Positions 10,805 through 20,509 of a stretch of 64,000 bases of DNA are shown piece after piece. Both the position numbers and the translations under genes were made by a program. Source of the stretch: an uncultured Staphylococcaceae bacterium (GTDB taxonomy: Bacteria > Bacillota_I > Bacilli_A > RFN20 > CAG-826); assembly GCA_964654155.1 (NCBI GenBank), contig CAZZGL010000002.1:35902-99901 (forward strand), read 5' to 3'. Position 1 is the stretch's first letter; every line of letters starts with the position of its first letter. The notes under the pieces are model-generated. The model saw nothing but the letters and a program-made list of their open reading frames with translations. It did no database searches and was not told where the DNA came from.

Positions 10805-12010
10805 CTAAATCAATGATTTTGAAATTGTTTTAATAACATTAATCATCTTCATAAAATCATTAATATCTAAATACTCTAGTGGACCATGAAAGTTTTCTCC
10901 CCCAGTTCCTAAATTAGGACATGGAATACCTTCAAAAGACAATCTTGCACCATCAGTGCCACCTCTTATTGGCATTTCAATTGGAGTAATATTATTTTCT
11001 TTCATCGCTGATTCAACAATAGAAACTAATTCCATTCTTTCAGCAATTTTTTCCTTCATATTGTAATAGCTATCCTCAATAGATACAGTAACGATTTCTT
11101 CTCCATATTTTTTATTTATAACTCTAGCAATATCGAACATTTTAGTTTTTCTTTGTTCAAAAACATTGCGATCATGATCGCGAATTATGTAACTTAAATT
11201 TGTCAAAGAAACATCTCCATTTATAGATGTTAAATGATAAAAACCCTCATACATTTCGGTGTGCTCCGGTCTCTCTTTTTCTGGTAACATTGATACGAAT
11301 TCTAAAGCCACTAATTGTGCATTAATCATTTTATTTTTAGCAGAACCTGGATGAATACTTTTTCCGTGTACTATTATTTTTGCTGAAGCAGCATTAAAAG
11401 TTTCATAGTTAATTTCACGAATATCTCCTCCATCAACTGTATATGTATAAGCATTATTCGTAGATTCTAAATACCATTTAAAATCGAAATGATCAGTTCC
11501 TGCACCTACTTCTTCATCAGGAGTAAAACATACAACAATATTTGGATGTTCAACTTCTGTATGCATAATATAGTCTACAAAACTCATAATAATTGCTATA
11601 CCAGCTTTATCATCCGCTCCTAAAAGAGTAGTACCATCTGTAACAACTAATTGATGTCCTTCCTTTCCAAGCAAATCTTCTTTTGCTAGTATCATACCAT
11701 TTCCTAAAATAATATCTTCACCATTAAAAGATACAATTTGAGGCTTAATATCTTTACCACTTGCATCGGGAGCTGTATCCATATGTGATATAAGTCCTAA
11801 TGTTTGATTAGAGCTACAATTACTAGGTATTTTTGCGTAAACATAACCATAATCATCTATTCTAGCATTTGTAACTCCTAATGATTTTAATTCATTAACT
11901 AAATATTTTCCTAACTCAAGTTGCTTTAGTGTGCTTGGAAATGTTGTTGACTCTTCTTTCGATTGTGTATCAAATGAAACATATTTTAAAAATCTTTCTA
12001 CCGGTTCCAT
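10805..12010 (-). CDS. pepT: Peptidase T (tripeptide aminopeptidase)
   Basis: MEPVERFLKYVSFDTQS...ISHMDTAPD matches PepT. An AGAGGTGA RBS precedes the MEPVERF Met. Confidence 0.9.
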   Translation of the reverse strand: MEPVERFLKYVSFDTQSKEESTTFPSTLKQLELGKYLVNELKSLGVTNARIDDYGYVYAKIPSNCSSNQTLGLISHMDTAPDASGKDIKPQIVSFNGEDIILGNGMILAKEDLLGKEGHQLVVTDGTTLLGADDKAGIAIIMSFVDYIMHTEVEHPNIVVCFTPDEEVGAGTDHFDFKWYLESTNNAYTYTVDGGDIREINYETFNAASAKIIVHGKSIHPGSAKNKMINAQLVALEFVSMLPEKERPEHTEMYEGFYHLTSINGDVSLTNLSYIIRDHDRNVFEQRKTKMFDIARVINKKYGEEIVTVSIEDSYYNMKEKIAERMELVSIVESAMKENNITPIEMPIRGGTDGARLSFEGIPCPNLGTGGENFHGPLEYLDINDFMKMINVIKTISKSLI

Positions 12011-12085
12011 ACGTTTATCACCTCTTAGATATGATATCATAATTACAACTAATTTTGATTTATTTCTAACTTTTATAAAAAATTA

Positions 12086-12114
12086 TTCAAAAAAACAATT
12101 GCAAGTGATATACT
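12086..12114 (+). promoter_or_regulatory. Putative sigma-A promoter for yebC with a TG-extended -10 (TTCAAA-17-TGaTATACT)
   Basis: TGATATACT at 12106-12114 lies about 34 nt upstream of the ATG. The -35 is weak. Confidence 0.3.
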
Positions 12115-12147
12115 TTTTAAGAAATAACTTTAAAGGAGTCGATTTTT

Positions 12148-12864
12148 ATGGGTAGAGCACATGAAGTACGTGCAGCATCAATGGCCGCGACAAATGCAAA
12201 AAAAACCGCTCTATATATGAGAGCGTCAAAAGAAATCTATATGGCTGCTAAATCAGGAGAACCTGATCCAAATAGCAATCTTGCATTACGTGCCACAATT
12301 GAAAAATTTAGAGGTCAAAACATTCCAAAAGATGTAATTCAACGCGCTATTGAAAAAGCAAAAGGCGGATCTGCTGAAAGCTATATTGCTGGTCGTTATG
12401 AAGGATATGGACCAGGAAATGTTGCTTTCATCATTGACACTTTAACCGATAACTCAAACAGAGCGTTTGTTGAAGTTAGAACTGTTGTCAATAAAAGAGG
12501 GGGCCATTTAGGAGCACCAGGCAGTGTTTCTTTCAACTTCGAGCAAGCAGGAGTTTTAGTTTTTGAATCAAGCATGAGCCGTGATGAAATTGAAGAATTG
12601 CTTATTATGGGCGATGTCGATGTCACAGATGTCACAAAAGATGATGATGGTTATGTTGAAATTCATGTTACACCAACAGCGTTAAACGATGCTAAAAATT
12701 GTTTAAATGAAAATGGAATTACTGAATTCGAAACCTGCGAATTGCAAATGTTGCCAAATGATTATGTTGATCCTAACGATGAGGATCGTGAAAAAATGCA
12801 ATCGATGCTCGATATGCTTGATGAATTAGAAGATGTACAAGCCGTTTGGCATAATATGAAGTAA
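12148..12864 (+). CDS. yebC: YebC/PmpR family DNA-binding transcriptional regulator
   Basis: MGRAHEVRAASMAATNAKKTALYMRASKEI...GGSAESY is the canonical YebC family sequence. Confidence 0.9.
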   Translation: MGRAHEVRAASMAATNAKKTALYMRASKEIYMAAKSGEPDPNSNLALRATIEKFRGQNIPKDVIQRAIEKAKGGSAESYIAGRYEGYGPGNVAFIIDTLTDNSNRAFVEVRTVVNKRGGHLGAPGSVSFNFEQAGVLVFESSMSRDEIEELLIMGDVDVTDVTKDDDGYVEIHVTPTALNDAKNCLNENGITEFETCELQMLPNDYVDPNDEDREKMQSMLDMLDELEDVQAVWHNMK

Positions 12865-12883
12865 AAATCAAACAAAAAACACT

Positions 12884-12911
12884 TGATAAAAGTATCATAA
12901 AATGATACTAT
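12884..12911 (+). promoter_or_regulatory. Promoter for rpmE: TTGATA, a 16-nt spacer, then TGaTACTAT, with the palindrome AGTATCAtaaaaTGATACT inside the spacer
   Basis: Near-consensus -35 and a TG-extended -10. A perfect 7-bp inverted repeat lies between them. Confidence 0.4.
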
Positions 12912-12971
12912 GTCTAAGCCAAACTTTCTTTAAGCACGCTTAGAGGCTTAAGGCGGAAGGAGATTTTGAAA

Positions 12972-13178
12972 ATGAAAAAAGACACACACCCAAAATATCA
13001 CAAATGCACAGTTACTTGTGTTTCTTGTGGTACAACATTTGAAACAGGATCAATCTTAAAGGAAATCCGTGTTGATACTTGTTCAAATTGTCATCCATTC
13101 TACACAGGTAAACAACGTTTTACCCAAGCAGATGGTCGTGTTGATAAGTTCAACAAAAAATACGGATTGGGAAAATAA
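12972..13178 (+). CDS. rpmE: 50S ribosomal protein L31 (zinc-ribbon C+ form)
   Basis: [11 protein letters not shown]...[12 protein letters not shown]...[22 protein letters not shown] precedes the start. Confidence 0.9.
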   Translation: MKKDTHPKYHKCTVTCVSCGTTFETGSILKEIRVDTCSNCHPFYTGKQRFTQADGRVDKFNKKYGLGK

Positions 13179-13198
13179 GAATCCATATTTACTATTAA

Positions 13199-13228
13199 AC
13201 CGCTATCTGAGGGATAGTGGTTTTTTTC
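13199..13228 (+). terminator. Rho-independent terminator of rpmE
   Basis: ACCGCTATC-TGAGG-GATAGTGGT followed by TTTTTTT. Confidence 0.6.
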
Positions 13229-13253
13229 TTTGACAAAGGAGGAGAAAATTAAT

Positions 13254-14840
13254 ATGAAAAATAAATTCTACATAACAACGCCTATTTATTATCCAAGTGC
13301 TAATTTGCATATTGGACACGCTTATTGTACAGTTATGTGCGATGTTTACGCGCGATATAGAAGAATGAGAAGTCAAGAAGTATTTTTCTTAACCGGTTCT
13401 GATGAACACGGTGAAAAGATTCAAAAAAATGCTATTTTAGCAAATAAAAGCGAACAAGAATTTGTCGATGAAATAGTAAAAGGATTTAAAGAGCTTTGGA
13501 GTGCATTAGAAATCAGCAATGATGATTATATTAGAACAACTGAAAAAAGACATACCAAAGTCGTTCAAGATGTTTTTTCTAAACTTTTAGAACAAGGTGA
13601 CATTTATTTAGGTGATTACGAAGGTTGGTACTGTACTCCTTGTGAATCATTCTGGACCGACACCCAAGTTGGAGAAGAAAAAATTTGTCCTGATTGCGGA
13701 AGACCTGTTTATAAAGCAAAAGAACAAGCTTATTTCTTAAGAGTAGGAAAATATGTTGATAGATTATTAAAGTTCTACGATGAACATCCTGAATTCATTA
13801 CTCCTGAATCAAGAAAAAATGAAATGATAAATACCTTTATTAAGCCAGGATTAGAAGATTTATGCATTACAAGAACCACTTTTTCATGGGGTGTTCCTGT
13901 AAAAGAAGATCCTCGTCATGTAGTTTATGTTTGGATTGATGCATTATTAAATTATATTTCTGCATTAGGCTATGATAGCGATGACTTATCTTTATTTAAT
14001 AAATTTTGGAATGAAGATACTGAAATTATTCATGTTATTGGTAATGATATTACTCGTTTCCACACCATTTATTGGCCTATCATCTTAATGGCGCTTAACA
14101 TTCATCTTCCAGACAAAGTATTTGTCCATGGATTATTAATGATGAAAGATGGAAAAATGTCTAAATCAAAAGGAAATGTTGTTAGCCCATATCCTTTAAT
14201 TGATCGTTATGGTTTAGATGCAGTTCGTTATTATTTAGTTAGAGAAACTATTTTTGGTAGTGATGGAAGATTCACCCCTGAAGATTTTGTCACTCGTATT
14301 AATACCGATTTAGCCAATGATTTTGGAAATCTTTTAAATCGCACAGTTGGAATGATGATTAAATATTTTGATGGTCATATTCCTGCTTATCAAGGTGATG
14401 TTAATCCTCAAGATAAAGAACTTAGAAGCTTAGCTATGTTCACAATCGATCAATATGAAAAAGCCTTCGATGATGTTAAAATCACTGATGCCTTTATTGC
14501 TGTAATGAATCTTATTTCAAGAGCAAACAAATATATTGATGAAACTACACCTTGGGCATTAGCAAAAGATGAAACAAAAACAAAAGAGCTTCAAAGCGTC
14601 ATGTCACATCTTGTAAATGTTTTATATATTGCTGGTGTATTATTACAACCTGTCTTAACTCACGCACCAAAATCTTTATTTGAACAACTTGGGGTAAAAG
14701 AAGAATATCAAAACTACGATAGTATCCATAATTTTGGAATTATTGGTGATGTTGATGTTACTAAAGGAAATCCATTATTTCCTCGTTTAGATGCAAAAGA
14801 AGAAATTGAATTTATCGCTTCTTTAATGCAAAAAAAATAA
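13254..14840 (+). CDS. metG: Methionyl-tRNA synthetase (short form)
   Basis: HIGHAY (HIGH motif), KMSKS and zinc knuckle CTPCESF...CPDCGRP. An AAAGGAGGAG RBS supports the MKNKFYITTPIYY start. Confidence 0.9.
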   Translation: MKNKFYITTPIYYPSANLHIGHAYCTVMCDVYARYRRMRSQEVFFLTGSDEHGEKIQKNAILANKSEQEFVDEIVKGFKELWSALEISNDDYIRTTEKRHTKVVQDVFSKLLEQGDIYLGDYEGWYCTPCESFWTDTQVGEEKICPDCGRPVYKAKEQAYFLRVGKYVDRLLKFYDEHPEFITPESRKNEMINTFIKPGLEDLCITRTTFSWGVPVKEDPRHVVYVWIDALLNYISALGYDSDDLSLFNKFWNEDTEIIHVIGNDITRFHTIYWPIILMALNIHLPDKVFVHGLLMMKDGKMSKSKGNVVSPYPLIDRYGLDAVRYYLVRETIFGSDGRFTPEDFVTRINTDLANDFGNLLNRTVGMMIKYFDGHIPAYQGDVNPQDKELRSLAMFTIDQYEKAFDDVKITDAFIAVMNLISRANKYIDETTPWALAKDETKTKELQSVMSHLVNVLYIAGVLLQPVLTHAPKSLFEQLGVKEEYQNYDSIHNFGIIGDVDVTKGNPLFPRLDAKEEIEFIASLMQKK

Positions 14841-14852
14841 ATTTATAAGATT

Positions 14853-14876
14853 AGTCCCTTTTATAGGGACTTTTTA
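14853..14876 (+). terminator. Rho-independent terminator of metG
   Basis: AGTCCCT-TTTAT-AGGGACT followed by TTTTT. Confidence 0.6.
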
Positions 14877-14887
14877 GGAGATAAAAA

Positions 14888-16255
14888 ATGGCAAAAAAAA
14901 GAGATTTAAATTTAGGAGAATTTGAAGCTATATGTGAAGATATATCTTTTGATGGTAAAGGAGTAACTCATTATCAAGGAAAGGTTGTTTTTGTTCCAGG
15001 CTTTTTTCTTAATGAAAAAGCGATTATTCGCTTGGTATATGAAAGAAGCGAATTTTATGCTGGGAAAATTATTAAAATAATCGAAAAATCTCCATACAGA
15101 ATAGAACCAAAATGCAAAATATGTTCTAGTTGTGGTGGCTGTTGCTATCAACAATTAGAATATGCCTCGCAATTAGAATATAAAACTAAAAAGGTTAAAG
15201 ACGCTTTCTTTAAATTTGCCAAAATGAATGTTAATGTTGAACCTTGTATAGGAATGACAGAACCATATTTTTATCGTAATAAAATTCAAATGCCTATCGG
15301 TATATCTCAAAAAGGAAGGATTATTACTGGGTTTTATAAAGAAAAAACCCATGAAATTGTTCCTGTAGATAAATGCTATATTGAAAACGAACAAGCGGAA
15401 GAAGTTTTAAATATAATTAAAGATTTAATGAAAAAATATAAAATATTGCCTTATAACGAGGACACAAGAAAAGGCATTATTCGTCATATCTTGATAAGAA
15501 CTTCATTCCATAAAAAACAAATTATGGTTGTATTAGTAACAAATCAAGATGAATTCGGCGGAAGAAGAGAATTTGTAAAAGCTCTTCATTTAACTTGCTC
15601 ATCGATTACAACAATTGTACAAAACATTAATACCCGTGATACAAATGTCATATTAGGTGAAAAAGAACGTGTTCTGTATGGAAAAGGGTATATTGAAGAT
15701 TCATTATGTGATGTTTGGTTTCAAATATCCGCGAAATCATTTTATCAAATTAATCCTATTCAAACAGAAATTTTATATAATACCGCAATTAAGCTTGCTA
15801 ATTTAAGTGGAAATGAAACTGTTTTAGATTGTTACTGTGGAATTGGAACAATAGGTTTAATTGCTTCTAAATATGCAAAAAAAGTTATCGGTATTGAAAT
15901 TGTTAAAGAAGCCGTTTCTGACGCAATTAAAAATGCAAAAAGAAATAATATTAGCAACGAAACTTTTGTTGTCGGTGACGCAAGTGAGTATATGGTTGAA
16001 TACGCTAAATCAAAAGGAAAAGTTGATGTTTTGTTTATGGATCCACCAAGAAAAGGTTCTGATCAAAAATTTTTAAGTTCTGTATTAACTTTACTTCCTA
16101 AAAAAATCATCTATATTTCTTGTGATCCAACTACTTTAGCAAGAGACATTAAGATTCTTTCTTCTAAATATAAAATAACTAGAATTCAACCTGTGGATAT
16201 GTTTCCAATGACTTATCATGTAGAGACAATCTGTGCTTTAACATTAAATAAGTAA
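14888..16255 (+). CDS. rlmD: 23S rRNA (uracil-C5)-methyltransferase RlmD/RumA family (TRAM + Fe-S + SAM MTase)
   Basis: N-terminal TRAM domain, a CKICSSCGGCCYQQ Fe-S cluster and a C-terminal class I MTase (DCYCGIGT, MDPPRKG). Confidence 0.85.
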   Translation: MAKKRDLNLGEFEAICEDISFDGKGVTHYQGKVVFVPGFFLNEKAIIRLVYERSEFYAGKIIKIIEKSPYRIEPKCKICSSCGGCCYQQLEYASQLEYKTKKVKDAFFKFAKMNVNVEPCIGMTEPYFYRNKIQMPIGISQKGRIITGFYKEKTHEIVPVDKCYIENEQAEEVLNIIKDLMKKYKILPYNEDTRKGIIRHILIRTSFHKKQIMVVLVTNQDEFGGRREFVKALHLTCSSITTIVQNINTRDTNVILGEKERVLYGKGYIEDSLCDVWFQISAKSFYQINPIQTEILYNTAIKLANLSGNETVLDCYCGIGTIGLIASKYAKKVIGIEIVKEAVSDAIKNAKRNNISNETFVVGDASEYMVEYAKSKGKVDVLFMDPPRKGSDQKFLSSVLTLLPKKIIYISCDPTTLARDIKILSSKYKITRIQPVDMFPMTYHVETICALTLNK

Positions 16256-16444
16256 TATCGAATACGCGTTAAAATATATTTAAATTAATTATGTTTCCAA
16301 TCATAAATGATATATTTAAAAATAATAAAAATTTTATTATTTATGTTAGTTTTATAATGTAGGGGAAAAATTAGTAAGATTATAACAATCCCTTCGTTAA
16401 AGCCTTCATTCATTTTTTATGCGATTACCCTAAATAAACAATAT

Positions 16445-16501
16445 TTATTGTATTTTTTTAATTAAGCAAATGATATAATATTCACAGAAAGGCAATATTG
16501 C
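16445..16501 (+). promoter_or_regulatory. Promoter region of the defense operon: TG-extended -10 TGATATAAT (16471-16479), with the 10-bp palindrome GCAATATTGC (16492-16501) just downstream
   Basis: Seen directly. The poor -35 is offset by the extended -10. The palindrome sits at the predicted +1 to +20 region. Confidence 0.3.
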
Positions 16502-16571
16502 ATTATGGCATTTACAAATAAGAATTAATTAGCAAAAAACAAAAAAGAAATTAGTAATAAGAGGGAAAAAC

Positions 16572-17807
16572 ATGGCATTTTACACAAGAGAAGAAGCAAA
16601 GGTTAAAATAGAGACAATTTTGAAAGAACAACATCCACTTAAAACAGGCCAAACATTACCAATCAGAAGTGGAACAAAGTTTAATGTCTATTCAATTCCA
16701 GTAGAATATTTAGCCCCCAATGTTTTAAATGATAGAATAGCTTGGAGAATCAGAGAATTTGAAGCTTCAAATGGTAGAAAACTATCATTCGACTCACCAG
16801 AAGATGTTGAATATGTATACGAATTATTAGAAAAAGAATCTCCAAAAGAAAACGAAAAAACATTAAAAGATTTAGCAGAAAAAGGGCAACAAGTTGATGG
16901 CATCATAACCAAAGATGGAATTATAATTGATGGTAATAGAAGAGCTACTTTACTAAGAAAATTATTTAAAGGAGCTGCTTCAAAGTTCAATAAAAATCTA
17001 GAAGATTTTAGATTTTTTAACGCTATTGTTTTATCAGAAGACATTGATGATAAAGAAATTATGGCATTAGAAACTAGAATTCAAATTGGTGAAGACAAAA
17101 AATTAGATTATAACCCTATTTGTATGTATATTAAAGTTGATAATTTATCCGCAGCTGGATATAATGATCAACAAATTGCCAATTATATGAATATTACAGA
17201 AAGTGATGTAAAAGAAAAAAAAGAGATTTTTAGGTTGATGAATGAATATCTTGAGGCAATTGGGAAGCCTAATCATTATACATTATTAGAAGGGTTAGAA
17301 GATCAATTCATAAATACTAAAACTGTATTTAAAAGAATGGACAACAGAACATATCAAACATATGATTGGGATTACACAGCTGAAGATGTTGCAAATTTTA
17401 AACAAGTTTGCTATGACTATTTAAGAGCGAAATTTGAAGGAAAAAAATATAGGGATGTATTAATTGGAAAGTCTTTTAAAACAAATGGCGTATTTATTAA
17501 AAAAAGTGTTTGGGAAGAATTTTTTGAAAACCACGAAAAAGTAATTAATGATAATAATCCGCAAAATGAAAAAGACTGGGAAGCTCTAGGCAAAAAACAA
17601 TTTGTACAAATTTTAAAAAATGCATCTTTAAAGTTAGAAGAAGTATTAAATGAGAAAAATGTATCATCATTAGTCATAACAATTCAATCAAAAATCAGAA
17701 ATCTTATGGATTGTTTAAATGAAAATAATGAACTAACACAAGAAGACTACAAAATTTTAAAAAAAGCTAACAGTCTATTATGGGATATATTGAAGGAATA
17801 TAAATAA
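16572..17807 (+). CDS. ParB/Srx-superfamily (DUF262/GmrS-like) NTPase-domain protein, first gene of the defense operon
   Basis: The GIITKDGIIIDGNRRATLLRKL motif matches the ParB box II (GxRR) and the DUF262 (DGQQRxT) signature. No HNH/DUF1524 C-terminal domain. The stop overlaps the next gene's ATG (TAAATG). Confidence 0.55.
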   Translation: MAFYTREEAKVKIETILKEQHPLKTGQTLPIRSGTKFNVYSIPVEYLAPNVLNDRIAWRIREFEASNGRKLSFDSPEDVEYVYELLEKESPKENEKTLKDLAEKGQQVDGIITKDGIIIDGNRRATLLRKLFKGAASKFNKNLEDFRFFNAIVLSEDIDDKEIMALETRIQIGEDKKLDYNPICMYIKVDNLSAAGYNDQQIANYMNITESDVKEKKEIFRLMNEYLEAIGKPNHYTLLEGLEDQFINTKTVFKRMDNRTYQTYDWDYTAEDVANFKQVCYDYLRAKFEGKKYRDVLIGKSFKTNGVFIKKSVWEEFFENHEKVINDNNPQNEKDWEALGKKQFVQILKNASLKLEEVLNEKNVSSLVITIQSKIRNLMDCLNENNELTQEDYKILKKANSLLWDILKEYK

Positions 17808-19796
17808 ATGAACGAAGCTATTTGCAAGTTTAAAGATAATATTTTGCTTATTGCCGGTTTACCATTAGATAATCAAAGAAAAATTATGAAAATTAAGCTT
17901 TTTTTAAATCCCTATCAATTGCTTTCATATAGATTTATAGATAACACATTAGAAATAAAATTTATTATTGATGATGCAAACATTATTGTTAAAGAGATAA
18001 ATGAAATCATAAAATTTATTGAAAATGTTTTTAATATAAGTATTTTACTTGACGATAATATTAAAAAAAGTATAGATATACAAACAACCAAAGTTTTAAC
18101 TTTTAATGAAACCATAAAAAAATTAAAATCATTAAAAAATGGCTGCTTAGAAAAATCCGACGAATTTATCAAATACTGTGAATTTTCTGATCGTACTTTA
18201 AAATGTAAATTAAGGTCTTATCAGTATACTGCTTCATATTTTTTAACGATTGGTCAAGGCGGCTTTGATTTTTCTGTCCCTGGCTCCGGAAAAACCATTA
18301 TAACTTATGCTTCATATAATTATTTGAGATATAATAAAATTTGTGATTGCATTTTAATAATCGGACCTATAAATTCATTTAATGCATGGTTTGATGAATA
18401 TGAAACCTGTTTTAATAATCAACCTGATTTTATTTCTTTATCCTCTTACACAAAAAAAGATGCAGAAATATATCTACTATCATCCAAAAATTATCATAAA
18501 GAAATAACCTTTATAAACATTGATAAAGTATGGAGAATGAGAAAAGAATTAATCAATTTTATTAAGAATAAAAATATATTGCTCATAGTAGATGAAGCTC
18601 ATAAAGAAAAAAATCCAAACGCACAAATTACGAAAGCTGTTCTAGAAATAACAAAATATGCAAAATATAGAATTATTCTCACTGGTACACCTATGCCTAA
18701 TGGATACGAAGATTTATTTTCTTTAATGAAAATTTATGAGCCTTATGAAAGAATATTACCGTACAATTACAGTGAATTGGTAAAATTAACAAAAATTGGT
18801 GCAAATAAAGACCAACAAAGTAAAATTATGCAGGCTATCAAACCAATCTATTCTAGGGTATCTAAAGCATATCTATTAAATACCGGAGAATTACTTCCAC
18901 CTAATTACAGATTTATTAAATGCAAATTATCAAATGAACAAAAAGAAATTTATAATTTTTTAAACAAAATGGCATTTCAAATTGAAGACGACTTTAATTC
19001 TATTTTAAATTTGAATTTAATGAAAGCTATATTAATTAGAAAAATGCAAGTTTCTGCAAACCCTGGATTATTATCAAAAAGCATAATCAATTCAATTGAA
19101 GAATATTATGAAGAATATTATGAAGATTTCAATAAAGAAAATTCAGATAATGAAGCTTTATTAAAAGCTGATAATGATATAAAAAAAGCAATCGCAGCAT
19201 CACCAATTGCTAATTTAATATATAAATTTGAATCAGGTTATTACCAATCACAGAAAAATATAATTGCAGTAAATCTTGCCTTAGAATTAGTTTCAAAAGG
19301 GGAAAAAGTTATTATTTGGGATGTTTTTGTTCAAAATATGTATTCTATAAAAAAATTATTAAATTCTAAATCAGACATAGAAATTGAAATAATTAATGGC
19401 ACAATTAGTGGTCAAGATAGGCAAAATGCAATAAATAGATTTAAATTAGGAAACAGCATGATTTTAATTGCAAATCCAGCAACCTTAGCTGAATCAATTT
19501 CATTACATAAAGCATGTCATAACGCTATCTATGTTAATAGAAATTTTAATGCAGCACAATTTATTCAATCAAAAGATAGAATCCATAGAATAAATATGCC
19601 AAAAGAAATAACAGCAAATTATTATTTTATAATTAATGAAGATACCATTGATGAAACTATTCAAGATAGACTTGAATTAAAAGAAAATAGAATGATTAAA
19701 ATTTTAGACTCTGATGAACTTGAAATAGGTGGATCCGAGTTTGAAAATAATTCATTTATGTCTTTGGATGACATTATTTCATCCTTCAAAAAGTAG
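17808..19796 (+). CDS. SNF2-family DEAD/DEAH-box helicase/ATPase
   Basis: Motif I VPGSGKT, motif II LLIVDEAH, motif III ILTGTPMPNG and C-terminal motif VI QSKDRIHRI. Translationally coupled to the upstream ParB-like gene. Confidence 0.8.
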   Translation: MNEAICKFKDNILLIAGLPLDNQRKIMKIKLFLNPYQLLSYRFIDNTLEIKFIIDDANIIVKEINEIIKFIENVFNISILLDDNIKKSIDIQTTKVLTFNETIKKLKSLKNGCLEKSDEFIKYCEFSDRTLKCKLRSYQYTASYFLTIGQGGFDFSVPGSGKTIITYASYNYLRYNKICDCILIIGPINSFNAWFDEYETCFNNQPDFISLSSYTKKDAEIYLLSSKNYHKEITFINIDKVWRMRKELINFIKNKNILLIVDEAHKEKNPNAQITKAVLEITKYAKYRIILTGTPMPNGYEDLFSLMKIYEPYERILPYNYSELVKLTKIGANKDQQSKIMQAIKPIYSRVSKAYLLNTGELLPPNYRFIKCKLSNEQKEIYNFLNKMAFQIEDDFNSILNLNLMKAILIRKMQVSANPGLLSKSIINSIEEYYEEYYEDFNKENSDNEALLKADNDIKKAIAASPIANLIYKFESGYYQSQKNIIAVNLALELVSKGEKVIIWDVFVQNMYSIKKLLNSKSDIEIEIINGTISGQDRQNAINRFKLGNSMILIANPATLAESISLHKACHNAIYVNRNFNAAQFIQSKDRIHRINMPKEITANYYFIINEDTIDETIQDRLELKENRMIKILDSDELEIGGSEFENNSFMSLDDIISSFKK

Positions 19797-19804
19797 GTGT
19801 AACA

Positions 19805-20509
19805 ATGGAAATTAATCAAATAATTCTTTTAAACAACTTATTAAATGAAGAAATTAAAAAATACGAACTCTTTTCTACGAACGAATTAAAGGAAATGCTC
19901 GGTATTGATAAAAACTCCAAAAATCTTAATAGAGTTATTTTTAATAAAATTATTGAATCATCTATCAATAGAGATATACTATTGACATTACTCAAACAAT
20001 GCTCTTGTATTATAAAAACTGTAAATTTAGAATGGAATAATTCATTGAAAGAATCGATGTCATTAAACGTTTTTAAATATTTTGACATATGTAATGAAAT
20101 TTGGGAAAATTCTAAATTATATAAATATTTTATAGAAAATACTTTTGTTTTTGTTGTTTTTAAAAAAGATTTTAAAGGTAGCAAACTGGAAAAAATTAAA
20201 GTTTGGAAAATGCCTAAAAGTATATTAAACTCTGGAGTTAGAGAAACTTGGAGTATAACACAATCTTTAATTAAATCTGGAAAAATTATAAACTACATAG
20301 ATAAAAGAAATCGCTTTATAACATTTTTTCCAACTAGTAGCGAAACTAAATATATTCATGTTAGACCTCATGCACAAAATAGAAATGACACTCTTGAATT
20401 ACCTGTCCCTGATAAACTAACTGGTAAAACAAGATTTATGAAACATAGTTTCTGGCTAAATAGTAACTTTGTAAAGAAAATAATTGTAGAGGACAAATAT
20501 TATGAATAA
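19805..20509 (+). CDS. MutH/Sau3AI-family endonuclease, putative type II REase of a GATC-type R-M
   Basis: The C-terminal YIHVRPHAQNRNDTLELPVPDKLTGKTRFMKHSFWLNSNFV aligns with the E. coli MutH C-terminal arm ([38 protein letters not shown]). NSGVRETWS matches the MutH NSGVTWETS segment. It has a D-x6-E-x2-K candidate catalytic triad. Confidence 0.6.
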   Translation: MEINQIILLNNLLNEEIKKYELFSTNELKEMLGIDKNSKNLNRVIFNKIIESSINRDILLTLLKQCSCIIKTVNLEWNNSLKESMSLNVFKYFDICNEIWENSKLYKYFIENTFVFVVFKKDFKGSKLEKIKVWKMPKSILNSGVRETWSITQSLIKSGKIINYIDKRNRFITFFPTSSETKYIHVRPHAQNRNDTLELPVPDKLTGKTRFMKHSFWLNSNFVKKIIVEDKYYE

